Source: a virus (lineage: Duplodnaviria > Caudoviricetes). From it: a stretch of 26,924 nucleotides of DNA. Made by a program: the position numbers and the translations under genes. This document shows, one piece after another, positions 9,030 to 16,376 of the stretch. Position 1 is the stretch's first letter. Every line of letters starts with the position of its first letter. The notes beneath the pieces were generated by a model. The model had not been told where the DNA came from and ran no database searches. It worked only from the letters and a program-made list of their open reading frames with translations. The stretch spans positions 1 to 26,924 of IMG/VR virus record IMGVR_UViG_3300020016_000039; one strand, written 5' to 3'.

Positions 9030-9676
9030 ATTGCTAAGTTACGTTTCATTATCCCCTCCGTCATTCTCTTATGATACCCTCTTGTTATTCTCCCAATATA
9101 CGGATCTAACAGCGAGCCGATATCAATCATAGTGCAATCTTCAGGGCCGTCATAGATTACCGGAACTGATAGACGGGATGCTGCGAATAAAAATACCGTA
9201 TTCTTTGGCCAATCACCAAGATTATACATAACATAATCATAATCGCTGAAACAATTCCTTGATGTCACTTCTATGAACCCCCACGACTTATTAAACTTTA
9301 ATTTCTCCCAATTACTAACCAACACAACATCTCGTTTCTGTAACGATCTAAAGAATGGAGCCAACTCACCCGCTTCTGAAGCGTTATGAAATACATCTGC
9401 ATTAAGCCAGTTAATATCAGGTATGATAGGTTGAAACGCTGGTATAGTTAAACTGAATGGCTGCAAAGCGTTATAGTGAACAGGGTTTAAGTTATCAACT
9501 ATTGATCTGATCTTATTCGTCAACTCTGGATAAACTTCATGCTCATTCTTACCGATTACAATATCACTGCCTAAGTAACAATGAAATTCACCATCACCGA
9601 AGCGAAGGAACTTAAAGTTCTCGCCAGCGTCTAAGCGGGAGCAGTAGAAAGATAGTGGGACGTTTTGGATTGTCAT
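9026..9676 (-). CDS. GT-D fold (DUF1792-like) glycosyltransferase
   Basis: FLRFGDGEF near the N-terminus and MIDIGSLLDP near the C-terminus are GT-D hallmarks. Confidence 0.78.
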   Translation of the reverse strand: MTIQNVPLSFYCSRLDAGENFKFLRFGDGEFHCYLGSDIVIGKNEHEVYPELTNKIRSIVDNLNPVHYNALQPFSLTIPAFQPIIPDINWLNADVFHNASEAGELAPFFRSLQKRDVVLVSNWEKLKFNKSWGFIEVTSRNCFSDYDYVMYNLGDWPKNTVFLFAASRLSVPVIYDGPEDCTMIDIGSLLDPYIGRITRGYHKRMTEGIMKRNLAI

Positions 9677-10083
9677 AGCTCAATCGGTAGCTCCTCCCCG
9701 GTTAATGCGAAGTAAAGGTTTTGGAGTTGGTGGAGGTGGCTAAGTTGAACTAAGAACTGCCTTTCTGAATTATCACAACTTGATGTGTTAAAAAAAGAAT
9801 ACCCCGATCCTGTCTCCCTTAATATAAAATCATTTTTTATATAATGCGTGAAATCTAAGAATGACGGCCATGCGTAGTACTCAAACCCCGCCTTCTCTAA
9901 TATTTCAGGAGTAAGGGGGATGGATTTATAATCAGTTAATGGCATAGATATTCTATCACCCCTTTGGTTATATTCAGATATTATTTCATCTTCTTTTATC
10001 TCTTTAACGATCCCAAAAATATGTCTTGGGTAATCTGGATCAGATTGAACCCAATTCCCAATTCTTAACTCATTACTTCTCAT
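9673..10083 (-). CDS. Conserved Bacteroidota-phage hypothetical protein
   Basis: Probable start MRSNELRIGNWV; IPLTPEILEKAGF; HLHQLQNLYFALTGEEL. Confidence 0.78.
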   Translation of the reverse strand: MRSNELRIGNWVQSDPDYPRHIFGIVKEIKEDEIISEYNQRGDRISMPLTDYKSIPLTPEILEKAGFEYYAWPSFLDFTHYIKNDFILRETGSGYSFFNTSSCDNSERQFLVQLSHLHQLQNLYFALTGEELPIEL

Positions 10084-10711
10084 ACATTGATTTTCCTTTA
10101 AATATCTCTGCAATCACAGGCTGCACTATACCCCAACTACTAACACCAGTTGAGATTGAATTACGATCTTGCATGAACGCCTTCACATCTGTTTTTTTAC
10201 TGATAATTTTATTATCCGGTATTAACTCACCTTCTATACCTAAGTAATTACAATACGCTGACTTCACAATTACATCATGTGCGAAATGTTCCATAACGTT
10301 CTTGAAGTCCTTACGGTAAACCAGGTTGTAATGCCCATCAAAATTCTTTGTAGTCTTACCGAATGACTGCAACTGCTTCAGTAACGGTCTTGCTCCTGAT
10401 TCACCTACACTCGCAAGATCACCGTGGTAGTAATACTTGAAAGTAGGTGGCTCAAGTAAGAAAACATCATCGTTCATAAAATATATCTCATCAGTATATT
10501 CCAACGCTGCTAATATTTTATACTTGATAGTTAATTGTTTCCTGTTCGGTATATCCTCAACTCTAATCCAGGTTACATTATCAATCCAGTCAGGCAACTT
10601 ACTACCAATAATCACAACTTCATTACCTCTGTAAAATCTTTCAATTGATCTGAGTGAGTAACGTAGTTCTGAGTAGTCAGATTGTGATTTAAGGGGGTAG
10701 GCGATAGTCAT
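10073..10711 (-). CDS. Stealth-family-like sugar-1-phosphate transferase
   Basis: SELRYSLRSI...P.W...IYFMNDDVFLLEP matches Stealth conserved region 2. Confidence 0.75.
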   Translation of the reverse strand: MTIAYPLKSQSDYSELRYSLRSIERFYRGNEVVIIGSKLPDWIDNVTWIRVEDIPNRKQLTIKYKILAALEYTDEIYFMNDDVFLLEPPTFKYYYHGDLASVGESGARPLLKQLQSFGKTTKNFDGHYNLVYRKDFKNVMEHFAHDVIVKSAYCNYLGIEGELIPDNKIISKKTDVKAFMQDRNSISTGVSSWGIVQPVIAEIFKGKSMYEK

Positions 10712-11049
10712 ATAAAACGCTTGATTACGTTATCAGATTTACCTATAATTTTAAATCCTCTTTTCTTAGTAAGATGCTTTTTAAGTTTAGCATTCCAAAC
10801 TTCTAATATCTTAAAGTCTTTGTGATCACGTTCACATGAAGCTTCAAACCATTGCATAACATCTTCAAAATGACCGTTACCTTTTGTGTCGTTTTCTATT
10901 GCTAAAATATCATAACTACTTTCAGTTGATTGCCAAAGTCCATGACAAGTACCAACCCTGAAGCGTTTAAAATCTTTACAAGCTGCGAATCCGGGTATTG
11001 GAACCCAATCGGCAACTTCAAAATCTAACTTATGCGCAGTGACCATCAT
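10708..11049 (-). CDS. Putative GNAT-fold protein
   Basis: ILAIEND.KGNGHF...WNAKLKKHL.KKRGF resembles GNAT motifs A and B. Confidence 0.5.
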   Translation of the reverse strand: MMVTAHKLDFEVADWVPIPGFAACKDFKRFRVGTCHGLWQSTESSYDILAIENDTKGNGHFEDVMQWFEASCERDHKDFKILEVWNAKLKKHLTKKRGFKIIGKSDNVIKRFI

Positions 11050-11237
11050 TTATCATTATTACTTATTTCCTGCATATCCTTAATATCTCTAACGTTCCGA
11101 ATATCCAACCCTTCACGTTTCTTGATCTCTATTGCCCAGTTAGCAGGAACTGAATAGATAGTTCCACCAAGTTGGATATAGTGCAACTGGTTTGCTAAGT
11201 TGTAAAAGAGTTTTATGGTAAGGAGTTTGGATGTCAT
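11046..11237 (-). CDS. Hypothetical protein
   Basis: 63 aa, ATGA overlaps on both sides. Confidence 0.65.
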   Translation of the reverse strand: MTSKLLTIKLFYNLANQLHYIQLGGTIYSVPANWAIEIKKREGLDIRNVRDIKDMQEISNNDK

Positions 11238-11554
11238 CTTATATCGTAGCTCCTTATTTCAATCTTAAACAATGAATCAATTTTATCTATCGAACAAGTA
11301 GAAATCAATGTATCTGGTTTCTGATTATAGTACGGTTGCCAATCAACACCTTTAATCTCTGCTGTAACAGTTTTCAAATATATCCATTCAGTAGTAAATC
11401 TTTTACTGATTATGAAAACTTTCTTAGGCTGCTCTGGTATTGAAATATCTTCCCAACCTTTAGTGCAACTCATACACCCAATAGCAAACAGAATTACTAT
11501 AACGATAAGCCAGCCGAAGCAACCTGATGATTTATATTTTGTTTCTATATGCAT
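11234..11554 (-). CDS. Putative lipoprotein
   Basis: Probable start MHIETK at 11554; hydrophobic WLIVIVILFAIG followed by a lipobox-like CMS-C. Confidence 0.6.
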   Translation of the reverse strand: MHIETKYKSSGCFGWLIVIVILFAIGCMSCTKGWEDISIPEQPKKVFIISKRFTTEWIYLKTVTAEIKGVDWQPYYNQKPDTLISTCSIDKIDSLFKIEIRSYDIR

Positions 11555-11567
11555 GATAGTTGAATTA

Positions 11568-11591
11568 ATAGCCCCGATCACTCAGGGCTAT
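11568..11591 (-). terminator. Stem-loop with GTGA tetraloop (weak terminator or RNA stabiliser)
   Basis: ATAGCCCTGA-GTGA-TCGGGGCTAT on the minus strand, just after the stop at 11595; poor U-tail. Confidence 0.45.
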
Positions 11592-11594
11592 CGG

Positions 11595-11822
11595 TTAAGA
11601 TTCAGAATCAGGAATAGTTCCTTCAAGATCCGCTTTAATACTTGCAATCTTATCAATGATTGCTTGACGCTGCTCTGAAGTACCGCCATCAGCAACTTGC
11701 GCTTGCAAGTCAACAATAGTAGCATCCAGTGCATCAATAGCAGCTTTGATTTGCTCCTGTTCTGCATCCAGTGATGTTTGCAGTTCATCAACTTTGTCGC
11801 TTAGTTCTTGTAACGTAGGCAT
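11595..11822 (-). CDS. Acidic coiled-coil protein (75 aa)
   Basis: Probable start MPTLQELSDKVDELQ at 11822; heptad pattern. Confidence 0.75.
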   Translation of the reverse strand: MPTLQELSDKVDELQTSLDAEQEQIKAAIDALDATIVDLQAQVADGGTSEQRQAIIDKIASIKADLEGTIPDSES

Positions 11823-11841
11823 TTGATTTTTGTTTTTATTG

Positions 11842-12015
11842 TTAAGAAATAGTTGACTTGATATCATCGTTCAGCTTGTTCAGCTTATCCAGGATTTGTT
11901 GCTTTAGTTTTTCATCATCATCTTTTTTCAAGATGGCTAATATCTCTTTTAGCAACACAATAGCTTCACAATCCTTTTCTATGTGAACATGGATGTGAGT
12001 GTCTTTATCTAACAT
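11842..12015 (-). CDS. Small coiled-coil protein
   Basis: Probable start MLDKDTHIHVHI at 12015; C-terminus resembles that of 11595-11822. Confidence 0.65.
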   Translation of the reverse strand: MLDKDTHIHVHIEKDCEAIVLLKEILAILKKDDDEKLKQQILDKLNKLNDDIKSTIS

Positions 12016-12016
12016 A

Positions 12017-12244
12017 TCAGTATGACCCGTTAGCGATCTTCTCTGCATGGGCCGCAGCAGCTTTAATAGTTTCTACTTCAGATTTAATAGATTCGTTAAG
12101 AGCTGTAACAAGATCAACCCTTTCTTGCAACGGTAATGCTAATGCGCCTTTGGTAATACTTTCTACATTCTTAGGCGTTCTGGTTTTTTTAGTTTCTTCA
12201 CGATGCTCTTGACCATGAATGATACTTACTTTTTCTGTTGTCAT
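12017..12244 (-). CDS. Hypothetical protein
   Basis: 75 aa; first gene after the structured leader at 12256-12365. Confidence 0.7.
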   Translation of the reverse strand: MTTEKVSIIHGQEHREETKKTRTPKNVESITKGALALPLQERVDLVTALNESIKSEVETIKAAAAHAEKIANGSY

Positions 12245-12255
12245 ATAATTAATTT

Positions 12256-12365
12256 TAATAGTAAGGGCAGTACACTAAAAGTTGTGCCGCCGTCACCCGA
12301 AGATGGAGACGCAGTTAATGTACTACCTTTATTATCGTTATATTTTTTGATCATCTGCGGCACAA
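12256..12365 (-). promoter_or_regulatory. Structured RNA leader/attenuator candidate upstream of the glycosyltransferase-terL operon
   Basis: Imperfect stem of about 17 bp (12258-12274 / 12319-12335), an inner hairpin, and loop TTGTGCCGC (12282-12290) exactly complementary to GCGGCACAA (12357-12365). Confidence 0.5.
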
Positions 12366-12461
12366 TGCAGTTTTTAGAAATACTAAGCTATAAAATTAAT
12401 TTGAAAGTAAAAAATATTTCTTTAACTTTAAATTCTTCATAGGATAACAATGAAAAACCAT

Positions 12462-12488
12462 CAACCTCTGTTTCTACAGGGGTTTTTT
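12462..12488. terminator. Intrinsic terminator-like hairpin at the end of module 2
   Basis: AACCTCTGT-TTCT-ACAGGGGTT followed by a T run on plus; overlaps the stop codon of the RHH-like paralog B. Confidence 0.55.
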
Positions 12489-12620
12489 AATTAGCTCTCT
12501 AATCTTCTTGTCAATAAGATCAGCAAATCTTTTAGCAACACGATAAGATAGTACTACAGTTTTTTCTTTCTTAGGTCTACCTGAACCTGGACGAGATCCG
12601 CCTCTTGTTTCTTTAGTCAT
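12474..12620 (-). CDS. 48-aa AT-hook/ribbon-helix-helix-like protein (paralog B)
   Basis: Hand translation MTKETRGGSRPGSGRPKKEKTVVLSYRVAKRFADLIDKKIRELIKKPL; aligns without gaps to 3798-3947. Confidence 0.72.
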   Translation of the reverse strand: MTKETRGGSRPGSGRPKKEKTVVLSYRVAKRFADLIDKKIRELIKKPL

Positions 12621-12623
12621 AAT

Positions 12624-12659
12624 AAAAAAAGTCGGAGCTTACTTGCGATTCAGCCCCGA
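12624..12659 (-). terminator. Intrinsic terminator
   Basis: TCGGGGCT-n12-AGCTCCGA-C-TTTTTTT on the minus strand after the winged-helix gene. Confidence 0.6.
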
Positions 12660-12670
12660 ACTCTAACTAT

Positions 12671-12937
12671 TTATTTGTTTCCTGTAATGTTTAGCTCTTT
12701 AGAAATCTGGATGCCTAATTCAGTAAGCCAAGTTGTAGAATCTTCGCCATCGTCACGTGAATCTATCAAACCTTTCTTTTTAAGAGATGAACAAACACCA
12801 GAAAGCATTTTACCAGTTACTGAACAATTTATTGACCATGACCAAATTTCATCACCAAGTTCTGATCCGTAGTCTGAATTATTAATTCCTTCAAGAACTA
12901 ATTTTTCAAGGTCTGTAAGTGTTAATTGAGTTGTCAT
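12671..12937 (-). CDS. Winged-helix-like protein (accessory module 2)
   Basis: Probable start MTTQLTLTDLEKLVL at 12937 (the longer ORF-track start runs through the promoter); LSGVCSSLKKKGLI...WLTELG is a wHTH pattern. Confidence 0.72.
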   Translation of the reverse strand: MTTQLTLTDLEKLVLEGINNSDYGSELGDEIWSWSINCSVTGKMLSGVCSSLKKKGLIDSRDDGEDSTTWLTELGIQISKELNITGNK

Positions 12938-12964
12938 TTTGTTAGAGTTTTTATTGTTATTAGA

Positions 12965-13027
12965 AAGTGTAAATATAGTAACCTTTTTGATACTTGTATA
13001 CAAATTTAAGAAAAAGTTATTAACATT
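12965..13027 (-). promoter_or_regulatory. Conserved 63-bp promoter/operator, copy 2
   Basis: AATGTTAATAACTTTTT-n7-TTGTATACAAGTATCAAA-n7-CTATATTTACACTT; includes the perfect palindrome TTGTATACAA. Confidence 0.75.
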
Positions 13028-13056
13028 TTTGAATAGTATATTTACTACAAACATAA

Positions 13057-13082
13057 AGTCCCGAAGTAGAAACTCCAGGACT
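13057..13082 (-). terminator. Intrinsic terminator downstream of terS
   Basis: AGTCCTGGAGT-TTCT-ACTTCGGGACT-TTATGTTT; 11-bp stem with G-U pairs. Confidence 0.65.
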
Positions 13083-13121
13083 CTTATCAAAAAACCATTA
13101 AACCTTATCTATGAAAACTAT

Positions 13122-13510
13122 TTACAACGAATCATCAATTTCTTTCTTCACTCTGATTACGTTTATGTTTATGATAGGTTGGATATTATTCCCGTCGTTA
13201 TCTGTTACTGCGTTTTCAACTCGTTCGACGTAGCCACGTTTCTTTGCTAAATAAACTGAGCAGCATCTTTTCTAATTCTTGGATCAGGATCATCAAGTAA
13301 ATCATCATGCACCTGTTCTGCTTTATCAACCCTTCCTTCTCTAATTTCTTGTAATACTTCTGGCTGCTTAGAAGCCCTGTCGTACACTGCCTGTCGTGTG
13401 TAATCTATCTGGTATCGGGACTCTATTGCTTTAGCTGTGCGACTGTATAGCCCGTTATTCTCACGTAGGATATTATAAAATTCATCATCAGTTAATCGAA
13501 TATCACCCAT
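13122..13510 (-). pseudogene. terS: Terminase small subunit-like HTH protein, split by a frameshift near 13250
   Basis: 13247-13510 has an HTH (LYSRTAKAI...TRQAVYDR) and ends at AAQFI-TAG. The -1 frame continues LAKKRGYVERVENAVTD...DDSL to a stop at 13122, matching the K.RGYVE tail of this TerS type. Confidence 0.6.
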
Positions 13511-13534
13511 TTTGTAAAGTTAAGTAAAGTATTT

Positions 13535-14047
13535 TTATGGTTGTATTCCAGCATTTGGATTATCAAACTCCCATTCAGAATCTGTATTCTTTTTCGCAGA
13601 AAAAATTGTATTCGCCTTTTTCTTTTCTTTTACTTTACTTTCCTTTACTTTAATAGCATCATTTCGCATACCGTTTGCATTGCTTTCGGATTGCATTGGC
13701 AATGCTTTCGCATCTTTCCAACGTATTAACGCTGAACTTCTTGCTAACTCTGTCTTTTTCTTCATTGACTGCTGCAACCTTACTGAAAAAAAATAATTTT
13801 TCTGAATTTTGAACAACCCATACCCATTTACGACCGCTTCGACCTTTTCTTTGCTAGTTCCCCATCTTTTTGCGAACGCATTGCAGACGGATAGCGGAAG
13901 CATATAATTTCGTTCCGACCGCAATTTTTCTATCAACGCCCAGAATATTCCATATCCTTCCATACCTAATTGATCTATCAATAACATACACTTTGGGTCA
14001 TCTTGTGCATTACCATCGTGACTAAAATAATAGGCTTCTTTTCTCAT
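13535..14047 (-). CDS. Phage replication initiator-like protein (Lin1244/DUF4373-type N-terminal domain)
   Basis: YYFSHDGNAQDDPK...GMEGYGIFWALIEKL...FFSVRL; KVKESKVKE linker. Confidence 0.8.
   Translation of the reverse strand: MRKEAYYFSHDGNAQDDPKCMLLIDQLGMEGYGIFWALIEKLRSERNYMLPLSVCNAFAKRWGTSKEKVEAVVNGYGLFKIQKNYFFSVRLQQSMKKKTELARSSALIRWKDAKALPMQSESNANGMRNDAIKVKESKVKEKKKANTIFSAKKNTDSEWEFDNPNAGIQP
13616..13720. repeat. Iteron-like 10-11-bp tandem units beside a T-rich pyrimidine tract: putative replication origin
   Basis: Units start at 13656, 13666, 13677, 13688, 13699 and 13710 (GCATCATTTC, GCATACCGTTT, GCATTGCTTTC, GGATTGCATTG, GCAATGCTTTC, GCATCTTTCCA), next to TTTTCTTTTCTTTTACTTTACTTT. 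Confidence 0.5.
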
Positions 14048-15795
14048 GTGTTTAAATATTTACGAGTAAATGTATCGTATGAATATGTAGCAACTCCAAG
14101 ATGTCCCAACCAGGAAAACCTAACTTTCTGTATATTGACATCAACTAAGTTTTTTTCATAATCCCTATGAATTGAAATTCCATTGTCAGCTTTATTAAAA
14201 AAATGCGCTGATCCTGATATATCATACATAGTAGGTATTAAGTGATTACCTTTCTGATCTTTCTGCATCTTTTTTGGATGCGCAATTAAAAAAACATGAA
14301 CATCGTTACGGATAGCAAAATCTTTGATTAGTGATAGGGCCTCAGAAATATATTGTGTCTCTGTATAGCCAGCAGGAATTTTATGCTCAATATAATTCCA
14401 AGGATCAATAATAATTCCTTTAATGCCTGTTCTTAAAACTAATTCCCTGCACTTAGATAATATACCTTCAATAGTTACATCAGTCTGAGTGATGTCAATA
14501 AATGAAAAATATCTATCAGTTAATCTTATACCTTCTTCAAACTCATCTCTATTCATTCTATGCTGTGGATTCTTACGAAAGTTAAATGATAACCCAATAA
14601 ACTTTTCCATCAACTTGGTTACATGAATTGCCGCCGGGTTTTCAAATGATAAGATAGTAAATTTCCAGTTATGATTTCGGGCAAGTGATGTGCATACCCA
14701 ATCAATAAACTCTGATTTGCCAGAACCGGGAACACCAGTAACAACAGTTACCTGACCACCAGAAAAGTTTAAATACTGATCAAACTCACCAATACCAGCA
14801 GCGCATCCTTTAGGGTAGCCGTTATTATAATATTCTTCTACTATCGGGAATAGTTCGTCCATTGTTAAAACTCCATGCACAGGCCAGAGACGAGCCTCTG
14901 ATATAATCTGTTGAACGCCTTGTTTGTTATGCTTAACTAAAACATCATTCATATCCTTGCAGCCCGGCGGGTATTGTATTTTATAACAACGATCCAACCC
15001 AAGCCTACGGGCTATTTCATCACGGACGTTATTACCTGGCTCATCATTATCGGTAGCAATAATGATCTTATCCTTGCCTTCAAACGATTGCCAGCAGTTA
15101 TCTATGTATTTTAATTGTTGCTGACCTGTTCCGGCCCCATTAGGGACACTGACCACGTTTCTTATACCAGCTTCATGCAGTGACATTGCATCAATTTCGC
15201 CTTCGACAATAACAACCTCATTTTCGTTTTCAATTGAATCTATATTGTAGAAAATTAGTTCGGAGTTTTTATTTAGTTTGAAATCTTTGTCTTTGCCCCT
15301 ATATTTTATATTGATTAATTCCTGGTTGCGGTAATAATTAAAACAGATAACAGGTATTTCTTTTTGTGCTTTAGGCATCCATTCTACTGCTTCGGTAATA
15401 TTGAAATGCCTTACAGTTCCGGCAGATATATTTCGCTTAACGAAGTATTGTATTATATTATCTTTTGGTTGTTCTGTTCTCGGTATTGGTTTTTCATACT
15501 TACGTTTATATGTTTCTTCAATTTCGATATTAAACTTAACTGCTATCAACTTAATAGCTTCGATATAGTTTATGTTTTTAAACTCCTGAAGAAATGCAAT
15601 TGCATCACCTGATTTACCACACCCGAAACATTTAAAGAATTGCTGTGTCTTATGCACTTTAAATGACGGGGTTTTTTCTTCGTGGAATGGACATTTACCA
15701 ACCATATTTACCCCGTCTTGTTTTAGTTTTACATAGTCACTGATAATATCAATGATGTTTGCAGCGGCTTTTATTTCTTCAATGTTTGAGATCAT
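14044..15795 (-). CDS. Bifunctional primase-helicase (CHC2 Zn finger + TOPRIM + SF4 helicase)
   Basis: CPFHEEKTPSF...CFGC; VEGEIDAMS; ATDNDEPG; CKDMND; Walker A GVPGSGKS; IIIDPWN; AHP; DISGS. Confidence 0.93.
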   Translation of the reverse strand: MISNIEEIKAAANIIDIISDYVKLKQDGVNMVGKCPFHEEKTPSFKVHKTQQFFKCFGCGKSGDAIAFLQEFKNINYIEAIKLIAVKFNIEIEETYKRKYEKPIPRTEQPKDNIIQYFVKRNISAGTVRHFNITEAVEWMPKAQKEIPVICFNYYRNQELINIKYRGKDKDFKLNKNSELIFYNIDSIENENEVVIVEGEIDAMSLHEAGIRNVVSVPNGAGTGQQQLKYIDNCWQSFEGKDKIIIATDNDEPGNNVRDEIARRLGLDRCYKIQYPPGCKDMNDVLVKHNKQGVQQIISEARLWPVHGVLTMDELFPIVEEYYNNGYPKGCAAGIGEFDQYLNFSGGQVTVVTGVPGSGKSEFIDWVCTSLARNHNWKFTILSFENPAAIHVTKLMEKFIGLSFNFRKNPQHRMNRDEFEEGIRLTDRYFSFIDITQTDVTIEGILSKCRELVLRTGIKGIIIDPWNYIEHKIPAGYTETQYISEALSLIKDFAIRNDVHVFLIAHPKKMQKDQKGNHLIPTMYDISGSAHFFNKADNGISIHRDYEKNLVDVNIQKVRFSWLGHLGVATYSYDTFTRKYLNT

Positions 15796-15810
15796 TGCAA
15801 GGTGTGAGTA

Positions 15811-15907
15811 TAAAAATAATCCCTGAGGTTTCGGCCGTCACAGTGACCTACTCCCTCAGGGAAAATAAAACGATTTCAAGCCGCTGTGACCCGGCATTAT
15901 AAAGATA
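15811..15907 (-). promoter_or_regulatory. Promoter plus attenuator-like leader of the primase-helicase gene
   Basis: TATCTTTA box at 15900-15907; 9-bp stem TCCCTGAGG/CCTCAGGGA (15820-15828 / 15854-15862) followed by TTATTTTT on minus; loop GTCACAG (15837-15843) complementary to CTGTGAC (15884-15890). Confidence 0.6.
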
Positions 15908-15911
15908 CTAA

Positions 15912-16376
15912 TTACCCATACAAAAAGGCATCTAACTGAAATAAAAAATCTTCAACACAAGTTACTATCCAGTATTGACCACCGCCTTTTTCAATGCGCT
16001 CCTTTTCCTTCCACTGGTGATCTTTCATTGTGTCACGGGTGTATTTATTTTTTACTTCAATCTCTATTTGCTTTCCCCGCAAACCACCCGCTAAATCTGC
16101 CTTGCCCTTCCTGGTTGATCTTACCGGTCGCTTCTCGGTAAATGATGCGCCTGATTCAGTCTTAACTATTTTTTCAGTCATCCTTGCAATAGCCTTAGTA
16201 CCCGTCATGTTGCCGCCTAAAAAAATGATCATATTAGTACAATACTTTTCGATACCAGATGTTTTTTCTACATCAGGGTAAACAGGCGGCGGGTAATGCC
16301 CGGCTGATACTACTCCGGGCCTATTGGTTTTGTACCAAAGTAAGTGAGCTTCTGAATATCGTTGTTTCCAGTTCAT
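15912..16376 (-). CDS. VRR-NUC-like PD-(D/E)XK nuclease
   Basis: GKADL...IEIEVK...Q...IEKGGGQYWIV. Confidence 0.78.
   Translation of the reverse strand: MNWKQRYSEAHLLWYKTNRPGVVSAGHYPPPVYPDVEKTSGIEKYCTNMIIFLGGNMTGTKAIARMTEKIVKTESGASFTEKRPVRSTRKGKADLAGGLRGKQIEIEVKNKYTRDTMKDHQWKEKERIEKGGGQYWIVTCVEDFLFQLDAFLYG

Noticed and set aside
11588-11791. Alternative-frame ORF as a nested o-spanin
   Set aside because: No lipobox, and the host ORF 11595-11822 has no transmembrane anchor; no endolysin or holin is recognisable nearby.
12256-12365. tRNA gene
   Set aside because: Structured, but lacks the T-loop GTTC and D-loop signatures and tRNA stem geometry.
13247-13249. TAG reassignment (alternative genetic code) explaining the terS stop
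   Set aside because: Readthrough gives QRNVATSNELKTQ-stop, not the conserved tail, which is in another frame; the long genes are intact under the standard code.
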